A DNA stretch of 64,000 nucleotides from a virus (IMGVR_UViG_3300030330_005091:64001-128000), one strand, 5' to 3'. Positions 8,972-19,262 are shown, numbered from the stretch's first letter. The notes: generated by a model not told the origin, from the letters alone. Numbers and translations are program-made.

Positions 8972-11521
8972 TTAGTTAGAAAGAAAACGCTTCCAAGTCT
9001 TAACTAAGTATTCATTTAATCCCGCGGTGGCTGGACTTTCTTGTTCTGGCCATTGTCCTGAGTTGATTGTGGCTGCTATTTGTGCTAAAGTCTTATTGAA
9101 TACCACAGTAAGGTTATCTTCATCGTCCATATCGCCCTCTACAAGCTCTTTAAAAAGAGTAACCATCTCATCGGGTTCGTCACGGTTTACTGAGAAGGTA
9201 ACGGTAACTCTGAGTTCTCCTTCAACATATTTATTTGCAAAAGCTTTCATTGATAAAAAGTAATCTGTATTTACTGTTTGTTGCGGTTCTTGTAACAAAT
9301 TACGACGTAACTGAATTTTATAATCGCGAGAATTCAAAATGTCTTTTAAAACATCTTCATTCATTTTAAATTCTTCAACATCATAGTCAAACGAGTATGA
9401 CGCGTATGTTTCATAACTATCTTCATAATCTCCGTCAGTTTCTACATCCCACTCATATGAAGAAACTTCACCGTTTTCAACATCTACAGCAAAGTTTATG
9501 TATTCGCCACCTTGTATAAATCCTTCGCGTGCAAAATAATTTGTAAGTATTTCTTTGAAGGCATCGCGCTTGTCATCTATAATAGTATCGACTGCTGCAC
9601 AAAACTCTTCATACTCTTCGTCTAATGCAAGAAAACGGCCTCCTAACTCTGGGTGTTCTGGCTCTACATCACAATGCCATACAATCAAATCTTCGCCGCG
9701 GCGATTACGTGTTCTTTGCAGATAAGCACCATCAGTCTTTAACAAGTCGCCATATATCTCGTTAATTACATCTGGAGAATACATTACAGCACGATTAACA
9801 GCATTTGGTAAACTATTCCAATCACTTGCCTCCCATTCAATTTGAATTTTTGCTCCTACGGCGATATAAACACCACCATCACCGTCGTCTTCTACATTAT
9901 ACTCAACCTCACATGCCGCCATATGGTTGTTCCAATAATCTGTTCTTCCGCTGCAATAATTTTCGTATTGCTGAACAATATCACCAATTAAATCAGCATC
10001 TAAATTATCTTCAGTGTCTGTGTTTTGTTTCATATTGCCGCTAACGAGAGCTTCTGGACCTAATAATTGTCTCATCAACTTTTCACGACCAGCAGCATTT
10101 GCAGTATCTTCGTAAGAACCACCAAAAATCATAAACCTATTGAGATCAATAATATTATTATCATTTTTAGGCATGTTTTCAATTACTTCTTTTTGATTTT
10201 GTCTAGCCCAATCAGTAACTCTATTTAAAATTCCTGGAATACCTGCGCCATAAATACGAGTTTCTGGCATACCAACGTCTATACCGTCATCATAACGTTT
10301 GGGAGCGTCTGTATCATAGTATCTTACGTGCCTAATGCGTGAACGAGAAATAGGCTCTATAGTTCCTGCATATTGACGCTTATCATCATAGAATATTTCA
10401 CCATCTTGCATTTCCTCTTCAATTTCATCCATGGACATATCACTTCGCCCACTCCACTTAACAATATCTTCGGTTTCCACCACATATGCTACCGCTCCGT
10501 GGCCCTGAGCCTCAGCTACAGCGCATTTATAGTAAGATTGATAGGCACTTGTGCGACTTGCGGGTGAATGACATGATGTAATGTTGTCAAAATCACTCAT
10601 TCTTAGCACATCAATAGGATGACGAGTAATAATAATAGAATATTTGTCATTTGTAATATTTTTTATCTCATTTTTAATATATCCGGCATTTTGTTGCCAA
10701 TATTTGGCTGATTTGGGCATTTTAGTAACTTTTCCGGCTTGAGCATCCTCATATCCACCATAATACTTGCTTAAAAAACCCATCGATGCAGTTCCGGCGT
10801 ATAATTCGAGACCATTCATGATTTGGTAGAGTCGTTTAAGCTGCTCGGTTGTAAGAGCCTTTTGTATCTGTCCTACAGAAAAATTTACACTCCAAGAAGC
10901 CGAATTAGGTTTTTCATAAACGTGTTTAGCAACTATTTGCCGCATTTCTTTGAAATCTCGCAACAATTTGTCTAATTTCATGAAATATTTGCCAATTTTC
11001 ATCTGAAATTTCTTATTTACCTTCTTTTGTGGTGTACCATAGTCTGATAGTGAGCTTACAAAGTTCTCATCGTTCTCGATGGAGTTCTCTGTCCATTCTC
11101 TTTGGGCTGAAACAATGCCTTTTTCCCAATCGACTTGTAATTCAAATTCCTGATCTAACATTTTGGCAAACTGGCCAAGTTCAGACTCAGTATCCATTGT
11201 TGGAAACGGTATAATGGTGCGCATATTGCCATTAAAAAGGTTATTTAGCGGTAAATTTGCTGGTTCAAGTTCATCTAAGACATCTTCAAGCACACGCATT
11301 TCGTCTTCGGTGATTTCACGAAGCACTTTTTCTTCATAAAGTTCAATTTCTTCGTTTTTACGCTTCTTGCGCTTCTTTTTCTTGGACTTTTTGACACAAT
11401 TCGGATACATTTTTCCGAACATCTTCTTCATGCCCTTTTTTTCATAGCCTTTCCAGCATTTTTCTTGCAAATTTGCCAATAATTCAGTAGTATTGGCTAA
11501 AATTTGTTCATCAGTAGCCAT
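8972..11521 (-). CDS. large multi-domain virion-type protein (849 aa)
   Basis: N-terminal CWKGY..MKK..PNCVK basic motif; RHPIDVLRMS..SCH; acidic C-terminal region similar to 43863-47402. Confidence 0.7.
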   Translation of the reverse strand: MATDEQILANTTELLANLQEKCWKGYEKKGMKKMFGKMYPNCVKKSKKKKRKKRKNEEIELYEEKVLREITEDEMRVLEDVLDELEPANLPLNNLFNGNMRTIIPFPTMDTESELGQFAKMLDQEFELQVDWEKGIVSAQREWTENSIENDENFVSSLSDYGTPQKKVNKKFQMKIGKYFMKLDKLLRDFKEMRQIVAKHVYEKPNSASWSVNFSVGQIQKALTTEQLKRLYQIMNGLELYAGTASMGFLSKYYGGYEDAQAGKVTKMPKSAKYWQQNAGYIKNEIKNITNDKYSIIITRHPIDVLRMSDFDNITSCHSPASRTSAYQSYYKCAVAEAQGHGAVAYVVETEDIVKWSGRSDMSMDEIEEEMQDGEIFYDDKRQYAGTIEPISRSRIRHVRYYDTDAPKRYDDGIDVGMPETRIYGAGIPGILNRVTDWARQNQKEVIENMPKNDNNIIDLNRFMIFGGSYEDTANAAGREKLMRQLLGPEALVSGNMKQNTDTEDNLDADLIGDIVQQYENYCSGRTDYWNNHMAACEVEYNVEDDGDGGVYIAVGAKIQIEWEASDWNSLPNAVNRAVMYSPDVINEIYGDLLKTDGAYLQRTRNRRGEDLIVWHCDVEPEHPELGGRFLALDEEYEEFCAAVDTIIDDKRDAFKEILTNYFAREGFIQGGEYINFAVDVENGEVSSYEWDVETDGDYEDSYETYASYSFDYDVEEFKMNEDVLKDILNSRDYKIQLRRNLLQEPQQTVNTDYFLSMKAFANKYVEGELRVTVTFSVNRDEPDEMVTLFKELVEGDMDDEDNLTVVFNKTLAQIAATINSGQWPEQESPATAGLNEYLVKTWKRFLSN

Positions 11522-11524
11522 TTT

Positions 11525-12370
11525 TCACTTACCTTTGCGAGAATATTTACCTGAACATTTCCATTTTTGTCTAGAAAGACACAATGGCGTCCCTCTATCT
11601 TTGCCAGAGCAATCTTTTCCGTGAGATTTCATATCTCCATACGATCTAGCACAATATGCATTGCCTTTTCCAGTCCCAGGCTTAATTCTTGCACCCCCGC
11701 CTTTAGCTTTTCCAGCTTGACCATACGAAACACACTTACCCTTTACTCTTCTAGCAAATTTTTTACCCTTAGATGGCTTGCAAGCTTTTTTCTTTTTCTT
11801 TTTTTCTAAAAGTTCATCATCTTCTTCAATCAACCCGTAATAAAGTGATTCTTCAAGGTAATTTTCGAGTTCTTCTTCCATATATGATTTATTCTTTACA
11901 ACTGCAAAAGGATCAAGTTCTTCTGTTTCATCTTTTTCACTTTCATCCATGCCTCCACCTTCAATTTTTTTCAATAATGCAGCCATTAGCGGTGTTCCGA
12001 TAGCCAAACCAGCAAGCATAGGTGACATTTTTACCAATACATTATAAACAGTTATGAGGTTTTCCAGTGTAAGGTTCTCAACACCTTCTTTCATTCCATC
12101 TTTGTTTTTTAAGAGAGGAAGTAAGCCTGCAACTGTTGAAGCAACATCATCAACCTCTTCTTTATTCGCCTTTGGGCCTAAAAGATCCATAAAGAGCTGG
12201 ACTAATTCGCCCCTCATTTCAGTTTCAAAACCAGGGATACCGCCGGCACCTGCCTGAGCCATTTTTTGAGCTAGCTGTGCTCGTGGATCCATGCTTGGAT
12301 TTTCTTTTAATTGAGAAATTTCTTCTAAAATAAGCTGTTTAAGTAAATTGCTGTCAAGTTTTGTTGTCAT
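11525..12370 (-). CDS. head-type protein with basic Cys-rich C-terminal domain
   Basis: LLKQLILEEI leader; VSYGQAG...YCARS...WKC. Confidence 0.65.
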   Translation of the reverse strand: MTTKLDSNLLKQLILEEISQLKENPSMDPRAQLAQKMAQAGAGGIPGFETEMRGELVQLFMDLLGPKANKEEVDDVASTVAGLLPLLKNKDGMKEGVENLTLENLITVYNVLVKMSPMLAGLAIGTPLMAALLKKIEGGGMDESEKDETEELDPFAVVKNKSYMEEELENYLEESLYYGLIEEDDELLEKKKKKKACKPSKGKKFARRVKGKCVSYGQAGKAKGGGARIKPGTGKGNAYCARSYGDMKSHGKDCSGKDRGTPLCLSRQKWKCSGKYSRKGK

Positions 12371-13209
12371 CCTTTTTTTCCTTTCTTAGATTTTTTGCCC
12401 CACTTGCCTCTTTTACCGCATGCTCCTGGGGTGGGGCGACACGAAGGATATTTTGAACGCTTTTCTCCGCCTGATCTTCCGCATGCAGAGCACTTTTTAC
12501 GTCCTGTTTTCTTGTCTTTGCGGCATGTGTTACAATCAACCCAGCCGCTTTTCTTGCCTTTGGCTCCTTTTCGCCCAAACCAATCACGCAATGAGGTTTC
12601 GGACGATGGCTTAGCCGTCAGTTTTCTTTTTTTTTTACGTTTTTTCTTTTCATCCAAGCTGTTCATTAAAATAACATCACCATCTTCGTGGATTTTAATA
12701 TTGCTAGCGGAATCAATTACCTTTTTAATGTCTTTTTTAGATGCTTTAGTGTGTTTTTTAAGTGCGTCCATGCCTGCTGCGCCGCCTTCTTTACGCAAAG
12801 CGTCGATAACTTTTGATTTTAAATTCGATATCTCTTTTTTTTCTTCTAAAACTTCAAAAAGAGTGTAATAAATAAGATCATCAATAGAATTAATCGGTTC
12901 TGCTTGTCTTTCTTGCAAAACTTGTGTTAATTCATCTTCAATAATAGCTTGAAGATGTTCTTTCTTAGAGTTACCCCAGTTTTTAGCGCCAACATTACGA
13001 CACTTAACAAGAGCACCAGAAGCATATGCACTTGGCCAGACCTTGTAACGTGATTTTACCTTATGATAACATGCGTCTTTTTTACCTTTCTTAGCTTTCT
13101 TTTTAGCGCGCTTCTTTTTTCGTTTACGCTTAGCAGACTTAGATGATTTTTCATCTAAGTCTTCCATTTCTTCTGCTAATTCGCCATATAAATCATTCAT
13201 TACTATCAA
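12367..13209 (-). CDS. basic Cys-rich protein of T4-like phage type
   Basis: KKDACYHKVKSRYKVWPSAYASGALVKCR and LRDWF..GWVDC..YPSCRP motifs. Confidence 0.7.
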   Translation of the reverse strand: MIVMNDLYGELAEEMEDLDEKSSKSAKRKRKKKRAKKKAKKGKKDACYHKVKSRYKVWPSAYASGALVKCRNVGAKNWGNSKKEHLQAIIEDELTQVLQERQAEPINSIDDLIYYTLFEVLEEKKEISNLKSKVIDALRKEGGAAGMDALKKHTKASKKDIKKVIDSASNIKIHEDGDVILMNSLDEKKKRKKKRKLTAKPSSETSLRDWFGRKGAKGKKSGWVDCNTCRKDKKTGRKKCSACGRSGGEKRSKYPSCRPTPGACGKRGKWGKKSKKGKKG

Positions 13210-13651
13210 ATCCTGCTATTTTTAGAGCTTTCTCCAATAAATAGATCGGTATTTCACTATTGGCAATGTCTTTTATTTGTTCAACAGTTGCCCACCTCCA
13301 ATCATCATGCTCTACTTGCCCAGTATGTGGATTTGGTTTTTTCACATCAACGTTTCCGGACCACTTTTGAGTCAAAAAATAATACTTTTTTGGCTTTGGC
13401 ATACCAAGATACACCAAATTATCTGTCTGGCAAAGTAAATTAGTCTCTTCATCGAGTTCGCGAACTGCCCCTGATTCTATAGATCGGTCTTCAGTATCAA
13501 TATGACCACCAGGCAGAGTCCACTGTCCTTCTCTCTCATCAATATTTGAGCGTCTAATAATTAAAAATTGTTGTTTATTATTGAGACAAGCAACAACACC
13601 TACAATCTTTAGCTCATTCTCTGTTAAATAATTTTCCCACAATAGACTCAT
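13193..13651 (-). CDS. NUDIX hydrolase
   Basis: PGGHID...AVRELDEETNL Nudix box. Confidence 0.9.
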   Translation of the reverse strand: MSLLWENYLTENELKIVGVVACLNNKQQFLIIRRSNIDEREGQWTLPGGHIDTEDRSIESGAVRELDEETNLLCQTDNLVYLGMPKPKKYYFLTQKWSGNVDVKKPNPHTGQVEHDDWRWATVEQIKDIANSEIPIYLLEKALKIAGFDSNE

Positions 13652-14371
13652 TTATTTACATGCTCTAGGTTTCTCTGGCATGCTGTCACAAACTGTCTTA
13701 AGAGCAAGTTCCATATTTAAATTCTGTATTGGTGCCACCCAAATCATATTTTCTTGTGGTAATCCGTTTTGTATATCAATACCCCACAATATTCCAATTG
13801 CTTTACCATCTTGATCGTATACTAGAGAACCACTACACCCAAACCAACCGTATGTGTTTAGCAGCATTTGAACACCAGCAGCCGGGTCTGTTTCATAACC
13901 TGCCACATAACCCCTATAAGTCATTAAATTGTGCCATGATGGATAACCTGAATAGGTAATTTCTGTTCCAACCTGTGTTAGCTTTTCGGACGGCTCCCAT
14001 TTAATTCCTTTTTGGTGATCAAAACTTTTTGGCAAGTAAATTACAGCAATATCGTGCAAAGGATCAGAATAAACAAGAACTCCAAGTCTTTGTTCACTCA
14101 AAGTCCTAATCAAATACGTAGTTCCTAAATTTGAATCAGCAACATGTTGCGCTGTTAAAACTAACTGTATGTCCTTATATTTAACTAAGCCGCCTGAGCC
14201 ATGTCCAGTGTGCGACATTACCTTAACAGCGGATTCCCTTGCTCTTTTTTCGATTGAAGTCATCGTGGAGCTAACTTCAATTGGCTCTGTTTTATAATCT
14301 TGTGTAGTAACCGTTGTAGCTGGTGTTGCTGCAATTAAAAGCAAGCAAATAGCAGATAATAATATTCTCAT
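13652..14371 (-). CDS. trypsin-like serine protease with signal peptide
   Basis: LTAQHV, DIAVI, GCSGS triad. Confidence 0.85.
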   Translation of the reverse strand: MRILLSAICLLLIAATPATTVTTQDYKTEPIEVSSTMTSIEKRARESAVKVMSHTGHGSGGLVKYKDIQLVLTAQHVADSNLGTTYLIRTLSEQRLGVLVYSDPLHDIAVIYLPKSFDHQKGIKWEPSEKLTQVGTEITYSGYPSWHNLMTYRGYVAGYETDPAAGVQMLLNTYGWFGCSGSLVYDQDGKAIGILWGIDIQNGLPQENMIWVAPIQNLNMELALKTVCDSMPEKPRACK

Positions 14372-14405
14372 TTTCTATGATCCTCCTGACTTAAGTAGTT
14401 AAGCA

Positions 14406-14579
14406 TCAGTTGTCATGTGGATCAGGCACCAAAAAAATAGTAGATAACAATAGACAGTTTAAAATATGCAATGGTATTATATCATACCTTGAAAACAATA
14501 GACCATAAACTATTACTCCAATATTAATCCCTATTGCCGCTACGCATATTTTTGTCCATAGTTGTTTTATTTTTTTCAT
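14406..14579 (-). CDS. small 2-TM membrane protein (57 aa, not in ORF track)
   Basis: MKKIKQLWTKICVAAIGINIGVIVYGLLF... Confidence 0.45.
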   Translation of the reverse strand: MKKIKQLWTKICVAAIGINIGVIVYGLLFSRYDIIPLHILNCLLLSTIFLVPDPHDN

Positions 14580-14817
14580 CAGCCGGCCTAGAAATAACTT
14601 CTATAACACTTGGAGTTTGTTTAGAAATTGTTTGTGTCTCAAAAGTATATACATCTATACATGGAAACATTTCTAATTGATTGATTTCTTTTTTACCAAC
14701 CACTATGCCGTGATGATAATATGTGCTACCATCAAAATTATGTTTTTTTACTTTTACTAAATATCCTGGTTCAATATCCCAGACTATGTTTCCAAGGAGA
14801 TCATCGATTCGATCCAT
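14524..14817 (-). CDS. small SH3/KOW-like protein
   Basis: IEPGYLVKV...HGIVV. Confidence 0.55.
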   Translation of the reverse strand: MDRIDDLLGNIVWDIEPGYLVKVKKHNFDGSTYYHHGIVVGKKEINQLEMFPCIDVYTFETQTISKQTPSVIEVISRPADEKNKTTMDKNMRSGNRD

Positions 14818-15233
14818 AATTCAGCTTCCTTAGTTGTGTTAAATTTTGGAGATAATCCCTCGATGTATTTGCTGGTGCCGGCTTGGATAGCGGCCCATTG
14901 CCATTTCCAATCAGTTTCTCTATAATAAATTAATGCAGTGCATACTGATTTATTATCAATACCTTTTTTGGATGCAATACGCCCTAGAACACGGTTTCTG
15001 TCCCTTAAGAATTTTTCATTTGTTTCATTAATTTGCTCAGATTGTCTTTCTTGTGACATATCTGCCCTTACGAGACTAAATTTAAGATTTTTTAGTTTTT
15101 CACTTAGATTATTTTTTATATTATTTTCAAAAAATGAAATATGTTCATCTTCTGTTGCTTCAAATTGTGCTATTGGTGCTTTAGCACGCTTGCCGTTTTT
15201 AAAAATTTTGTAAACATTCCAATTATAATTCAA
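14784..15233 (-). CDS. hypothetical protein
   Basis: ORF track, SD present. Confidence 0.6.
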   Translation of the reverse strand: MNYNWNVYKIFKNGKRAKAPIAQFEATEDEHISFFENNIKNNLSEKLKNLKFSLVRADMSQERQSEQINETNEKFLRDRNRVLGRIASKKGIDNKSVCTALIYYRETDWKWQWAAIQAGTSKYIEGLSPKFNTTKEAELWIESMISLET

Positions 15234-15519
15234 AAGTTCCTCCTGTTACTGAATGCCATTCGTATGTTCCAACCACTATAGAAAGTTTCAATCCTTCTTC
15301 TTCTAATATTGTATGCATAGGTGACTCTTCGTAGAATTCTTTTACAACATTATTGATCCATTTGACTTCCCAAACGTATATGTCATCTTCTACTATATCA
15401 ATATGTCGGTTTCTTTTGATAAGAATACCAATATGACCGCCAACATTGTCTACTACTATATCACCTACACTTAGTATAACATGTTTAATTTTATTATGCA
15501 AGTCTTTGTATGTGCTCAT
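15223..15519 (-). CDS. small SH3/KOW-like (VGDIV) protein
   Basis: LSVGDIV...GILI...WEVKW. Confidence 0.65.
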   Translation of the reverse strand: MSTYKDLHNKIKHVILSVGDIVVDNVGGHIGILIKRNRHIDIVEDDIYVWEVKWINNVVKEFYEESPMHTILEEEGLKLSIVVGTYEWHSVTGGTFEL

Positions 15520-15522
15520 ACT

Positions 15523-15798
15523 CTAATTATTTTGATAAAGTTCGAATAAGCCTTCGCGTATCATATTTATTAGCCCAGATTCGGTATACACATACATACG
15601 GACTGTAGAATTGCTAACTTCTGAGCCCGACCACAAAATTTCCCAAGCATTTATACCTGGTAGTTTTTCTTCTATTTGATTATTAAAATTTTCAAGAAGA
15701 TCAATTTTGCGCACCAATATTCCTGATTCTTTAGATTCTGGGTCAAAAATTATATCACCAATATTTAGATTTATAGAAAAGCTGTAAGGATCCACCAC
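15523..15798 (-). CDS. small SH3/KOW-like (IGDII) protein, paralog of 15223-15519
   Basis: LNIGDII...GILV...WEILW..ESGL. Confidence 0.65.
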   Translation of the reverse strand: MVDPYSFSINLNIGDIIFDPESKESGILVRKIDLLENFNNQIEEKLPGINAWEILWSGSEVSNSTVRMYVYTESGLINMIREGLFELYQNN

Positions 15799-15820
15799 AT
15801 ATGTATATAGGTGGTGAAAA

Positions 15821-16075
15821 TCATATAGCTTTAAGCCAAGTTTTGTTAATTTTTACACATTCTCTTATGGATTTTTCTAAATTATTGTTTTTGTCAATAT
15901 TACATTCAGCATGCGGAACAAGTATAAAGTTATTTTGAATTGCGCTATGCTCTATTTCTATTGGTTGCTCATTCTTAAAAATCATAGGAATTGTTAATTT
16001 TCCTTCGGTTTGTTGAGTGTTTACCATCACCGAACTAGCACCTAAAACAGCGATTGAAGTGATAATAATTTTCAT
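15821..16075 (-). CDS. hypothetical exported protein
   Basis: hydrophobic N-terminus, SD. Confidence 0.55.
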   Translation of the reverse strand: MKIIITSIAVLGASSVMVNTQQTEGKLTIPMIFKNEQPIEIEHSAIQNNFILVPHAECNIDKNNNLEKSIRECVKINKTWLKAI

Positions 16076-16125
16076 TGCAAATCTCCCATGTCCCCATAAA
16101 TAGTATATAATTTTTGTATTGTCAT

Positions 16126-16323
16126 TTAGTTGTTTATTGTAATGTATTGACCACGATTTTCACGCACAAGCCAAATATCTTTTGCTATTTTAGGATAGCG
16201 CACAAGCATCATATCTGTCTCTTGATCGACACTCAGCACGTAACCTAGAGAGCGATCATTGCGAAATTCATCTCTAATCCAAGAGCCGATGCTAGCGTTT
16301 TTATAAAACGATTTTTTAATCAT
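16126..16323 (-). CDS. small SH3-like protein
   Basis: IGSWI...LGYVL...LVRY. Confidence 0.5.
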   Translation of the reverse strand: MIKKSFYKNASIGSWIRDEFRNDRSLGYVLSVDQETDMMLVRYPKIAKDIWLVRENRGQYITINN

Positions 16324-16604
16324 TAAATTTTAATCCGATCAATAATATACGGGTGATGGAAAGATAAGTCTTTGTAAAGTTTCTTAATAATCTGCTTTGA
16401 AATATCTGCCATCTCTTTTTGAGTAGCTTTGTCATTCATAGCAGCTTTTACCTCTTCCTTTACTGTTTTTTCGACTGTTTTTTGAACTGCATCTTCCAAA
16501 TCTTTTTTGAGAACATTTTTAATTAATCTCTCAATATCAGATTTATCAGTTTTACTTAATTCTTCAGAAATAATTTGTTTAATTTGATACAAGTCAATGG
16601 TCAT
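16323..16604 (-). CDS. helical protein with IKQIISEEL leader
   Basis: ORF, SD GAGG, CTATTTA motif upstream. Confidence 0.6.
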   Translation of the reverse strand: MTIDLYQIKQIISEELSKTDKSDIERLIKNVLKKDLEDAVQKTVEKTVKEEVKAAMNDKATQKEMADISKQIIKKLYKDLSFHHPYIIDRIKI

Positions 16605-16633
16605 GTCTTTTACCTCGTTAATAAATAGTGTTG

Positions 16634-16858
16634 TTATTCTTTTATCTCATAAGCTAGTTGCAGATGTTTTGCCGATACACTAACTTTTGTTTTATTGTGC
16701 AGCCATAATACACGATACATTCTGCTGCGTGTGCTTTCTATACCAACTTCAATAACTATTCCTATTTTATGTGCCTCTGGTGGATTTTCTATCTCATAGC
16801 CTGTAAAGACCACCAAATCACCTACCATAAATTCACCCACTTGACTATTGTAACTCAT
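16634..16858 (-). CDS. small SH3/KOW-like (VGDLV) protein
   Basis: FMVGDLV...IGIVI...YRVLW...HLQL. Confidence 0.7.
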   Translation of the reverse strand: MSYNSQVGEFMVGDLVVFTGYEIENPPEAHKIGIVIEVGIESTRSRMYRVLWLHNKTKVSVSAKHLQLAYEIKE

Positions 16859-17130
16859 AACTCTAATATGTGCAAACGTTTTTCTTTAATTTTATCATAT
16901 TCGCTTTGGTAATTTTCAACTTTTACCAAATGATCACCATTCCACATTCCTGCATAAAATGAATTAATAGGGGAATTTGTCCAACGCACGATATATTCAT
17001 TTTCTTCGTATACTTTAATGATGATGCCGATGTATTTTTCAAAATCAAAATCTAAAATATTGTTTCTAAAATCTGGAGCAATTGTAACCAAATCGCCTAC
17101 AACAAATGTGCGCCTATAAACCCTGCCCAT
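16855..17130 (-). CDS. small SH3/KOW-like (VGDLV) protein
   Basis: FVVGDLV...IGII...YIVRW...HLV. Confidence 0.7.
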   Translation of the reverse strand: MGRVYRRTFVVGDLVTIAPDFRNNILDFDFEKYIGIIIKVYEENEYIVRWTNSPINSFYAGMWNGDHLVKVENYQSEYDKIKEKRLHILEL

Positions 17131-17137
17131 ATAATAA

Positions 17138-17377
17138 CTATGGATAATAAAAGATTTCTACTTTCCCATCTGGTCTTCTTCTGGCATTTCCTTTCCATGT
17201 GCAAAAATCAATGTGCATTTCTTCGCCCTTTTTCCACATGCGAGTAGCCTGGTCAGATTTAGAACAATGTGCCCACCCCGTGGCACCAGGACAAGACCAA
17301 TAAATTGCCGACCCGCACAAAGGGCAATTGTAAGAACCATTGACAACGTTAAATAAAGATTTCTTTTCGCCTTCCAC
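17138..17377 (-). CDS. zinc-ribbon protein
   Basis: CPLC...HCS...CTWKG. Confidence 0.55.
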   Translation of the reverse strand: MEGEKKSLFNVVNGSYNCPLCGSAIYWSCPGATGWAHCSKSDQATRMWKKGEEMHIDFCTWKGNARRRPDGKVEIFYYP

Positions 17378-17381
17378 AGTA

Positions 17382-17657
17382 TTAGGTAGTGTTTGGATTC
17401 AAAACCTTATACTTCTTTAAGCGAGATATTGAATGCATCCAAACCCTGTTTCCATATCCAGCCGGTAAAGTAATCCACCATATTTTTGCCATATTCATTC
17501 TAGGGTATCCAGTGATTCCATTGTCATATAATTCCAATATTATAGCCACACCGCCGTGGCAAGAGCAGGTAACAAGCATACCCTTTTTTAAATTGTGTTT
17601 TGGAGGAATTTCAAAAAACTCTTTCACTCGTCGCTTCGCCCGCCTAAAAATACCCAC
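17382..17657 (-). CDS. small SH3/KOW-like protein
   Basis: LKKGMLV...AIIL...AKIWW. Confidence 0.55.
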   Translation of the reverse strand: MGIFRRAKRRVKEFFEIPPKHNLKKGMLVTCSCHGGVAIILELYDNGITGYPRMNMAKIWWITLPAGYGNRVWMHSISRLKKYKVLNPNTT

Positions 17658-17718
17658 ATTAATAGGTAGTCAGCGAAGTTGTGCTTTTTTCGAACTTTTT
17701 AAACCGTAAATTTTTTTC

Positions 17719-19212
17719 CTAAATTTTTTTCTTTGTAAAAGGGTTAATGCCTCTTGACACAGGATTGTCTTTTGTCATATTTTCATATTGGCTTAAAGGT
17801 TGCATGTTGTCTAAACTCCAACACGAGATAAACGCAGGATCATCCAAGTCAGTGTATACAAAGCTTGATCGCGGCACAATGTGGTCGATTTGCCAATAAT
17901 ATTGATCAGAGCCCCGACCGTGATTGAGCCAATTCATTTTCTCGTTAAATTGATTTTGAATATGCTCAATAAAATCGTCTAAATTATATCCGCAGTTTTC
18001 TTGAAGTTTTGACCAAATAAGTGTATTGCTAATATCTTCCGCCCAATAACCGCGGTGCCTTGCAAGATCTTGTTTGATTGTTGTAGCAATCAAGGTCCTA
18101 AACTTAAGACGATAGTTTTTCTTAGTTTTTTCTTTGATTGATTCTTTATTTAGTGCCCATCGCTTTTTAGATTTATTGCTTAGGCACTGCCGGCAAGAAG
18201 TTGTGGCACGTCCTTTTTTGATAGGCGCAAAGTAAAAGTTATAATAAGGCTGCGTAACCGAACATGTTGAACAGGTAAACTCTGTAACAAACCCAGAATT
18301 GTTACGGCGTGCATAACGCTTGTTAGCTTCAATGGATTTCTCTAAAGTCGCTAGCGAATATTTACAGCCTTCATGCCAATTGGAGAGCCTTGATTCAAAA
18401 GAATTAAACAGCTTACGTTCGCGATACTCCACAGATTGCCAATCATAATCCGCATTTGGCACACGATCACGCTGCCTTTGTAAGCGGCGCTCATAATTCG
18501 CAGCCTTGTCAGCTGCGCGCTGCAGTTGTCTATCGATGCGCTCCTTTTCCCTACGCGTCCGGGCCTCACGGCGCGCTGCTTCCGCTGCAGCCACACGCTT
18601 AATTCTTTCCTCCTCTCGCGCTTTTATCTCTAACCTACGGGCTTCTACGGCGTCATTTCTATCTTTAATAAACTTTTCTACGTTCTTTTTAAGATATAGA
18701 TGTTGTGTAGTGCACGTGCTATGAGTCTGCTGCCACAACATATCTGGTTTAATTATCTTACTGTAGTTTGTATCAAACGTGTTGCTAGTTATACCAATTA
18801 TCTCGGCTGCTTCTTTCCTCGTTATATAACCTTCTGGAATCGGAGTCTCTGCATAGACTAGCTTTTCAATTGACTCTGGCGGCCAAAACCTTGCATTTCC
18901 TCCACCTGGCGCTGATATCAATTTTCCTTCAACTGTTGATAACTTTTTGGCGCGGTGGTGCACTGCTGTTTTAGTAATACCTAATTTATCCGCCAACTGA
19001 TCAGCTGTCAACCAGTTTTCTTTATACCAATTGTAACGTTCTATACGCTTTTTCTTAGCTGCTTTCTCTAAATCACCTTTTCGAATCCATCCTTCTGGCT
19101 TTCTTCGATTACGATTGTGCCATTTTTTGCTGCATATCTGTGAGCAATATTTTCTGGGTCTATTGCTGTTACTCGGTGGGTTTATAGCTCCGCAATATAA
19201 ACAGTTTGCCAT
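17719..19212 (-). CDS. HNH endonuclease with N-terminal Zn finger and HTH domains
   Basis: WQIDHIVP..SF...CWSLDNMQPL...ENMTK; CLYC..YCSQIC; LTADQLADKLGITK HTH. Confidence 0.8.
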   Translation of the reverse strand: MANCLYCGAINPPSNSNRPRKYCSQICSKKWHNRNRRKPEGWIRKGDLEKAAKKKRIERYNWYKENWLTADQLADKLGITKTAVHHRAKKLSTVEGKLISAPGGGNARFWPPESIEKLVYAETPIPEGYITRKEAAEIIGITSNTFDTNYSKIIKPDMLWQQTHSTCTTQHLYLKKNVEKFIKDRNDAVEARRLEIKAREEERIKRVAAAEAARREARTRREKERIDRQLQRAADKAANYERRLQRQRDRVPNADYDWQSVEYRERKLFNSFESRLSNWHEGCKYSLATLEKSIEANKRYARRNNSGFVTEFTCSTCSVTQPYYNFYFAPIKKGRATTSCRQCLSNKSKKRWALNKESIKEKTKKNYRLKFRTLIATTIKQDLARHRGYWAEDISNTLIWSKLQENCGYNLDDFIEHIQNQFNEKMNWLNHGRGSDQYYWQIDHIVPRSSFVYTDLDDPAFISCWSLDNMQPLSQYENMTKDNPVSRGINPFTKKKI

Positions 19213-19233
19213 GGTCTCTCCTGGTATATTATA

Positions 19234-19262
19234 TTATATCATGGTCGTGCGATATGTGCAAG
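19234..19262 (-). promoter_or_regulatory. sigma70-type promoter of HNH gene
   Basis: TTGCAC-N17-TATAAT then AGGAGAG SD. Confidence 0.6.
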
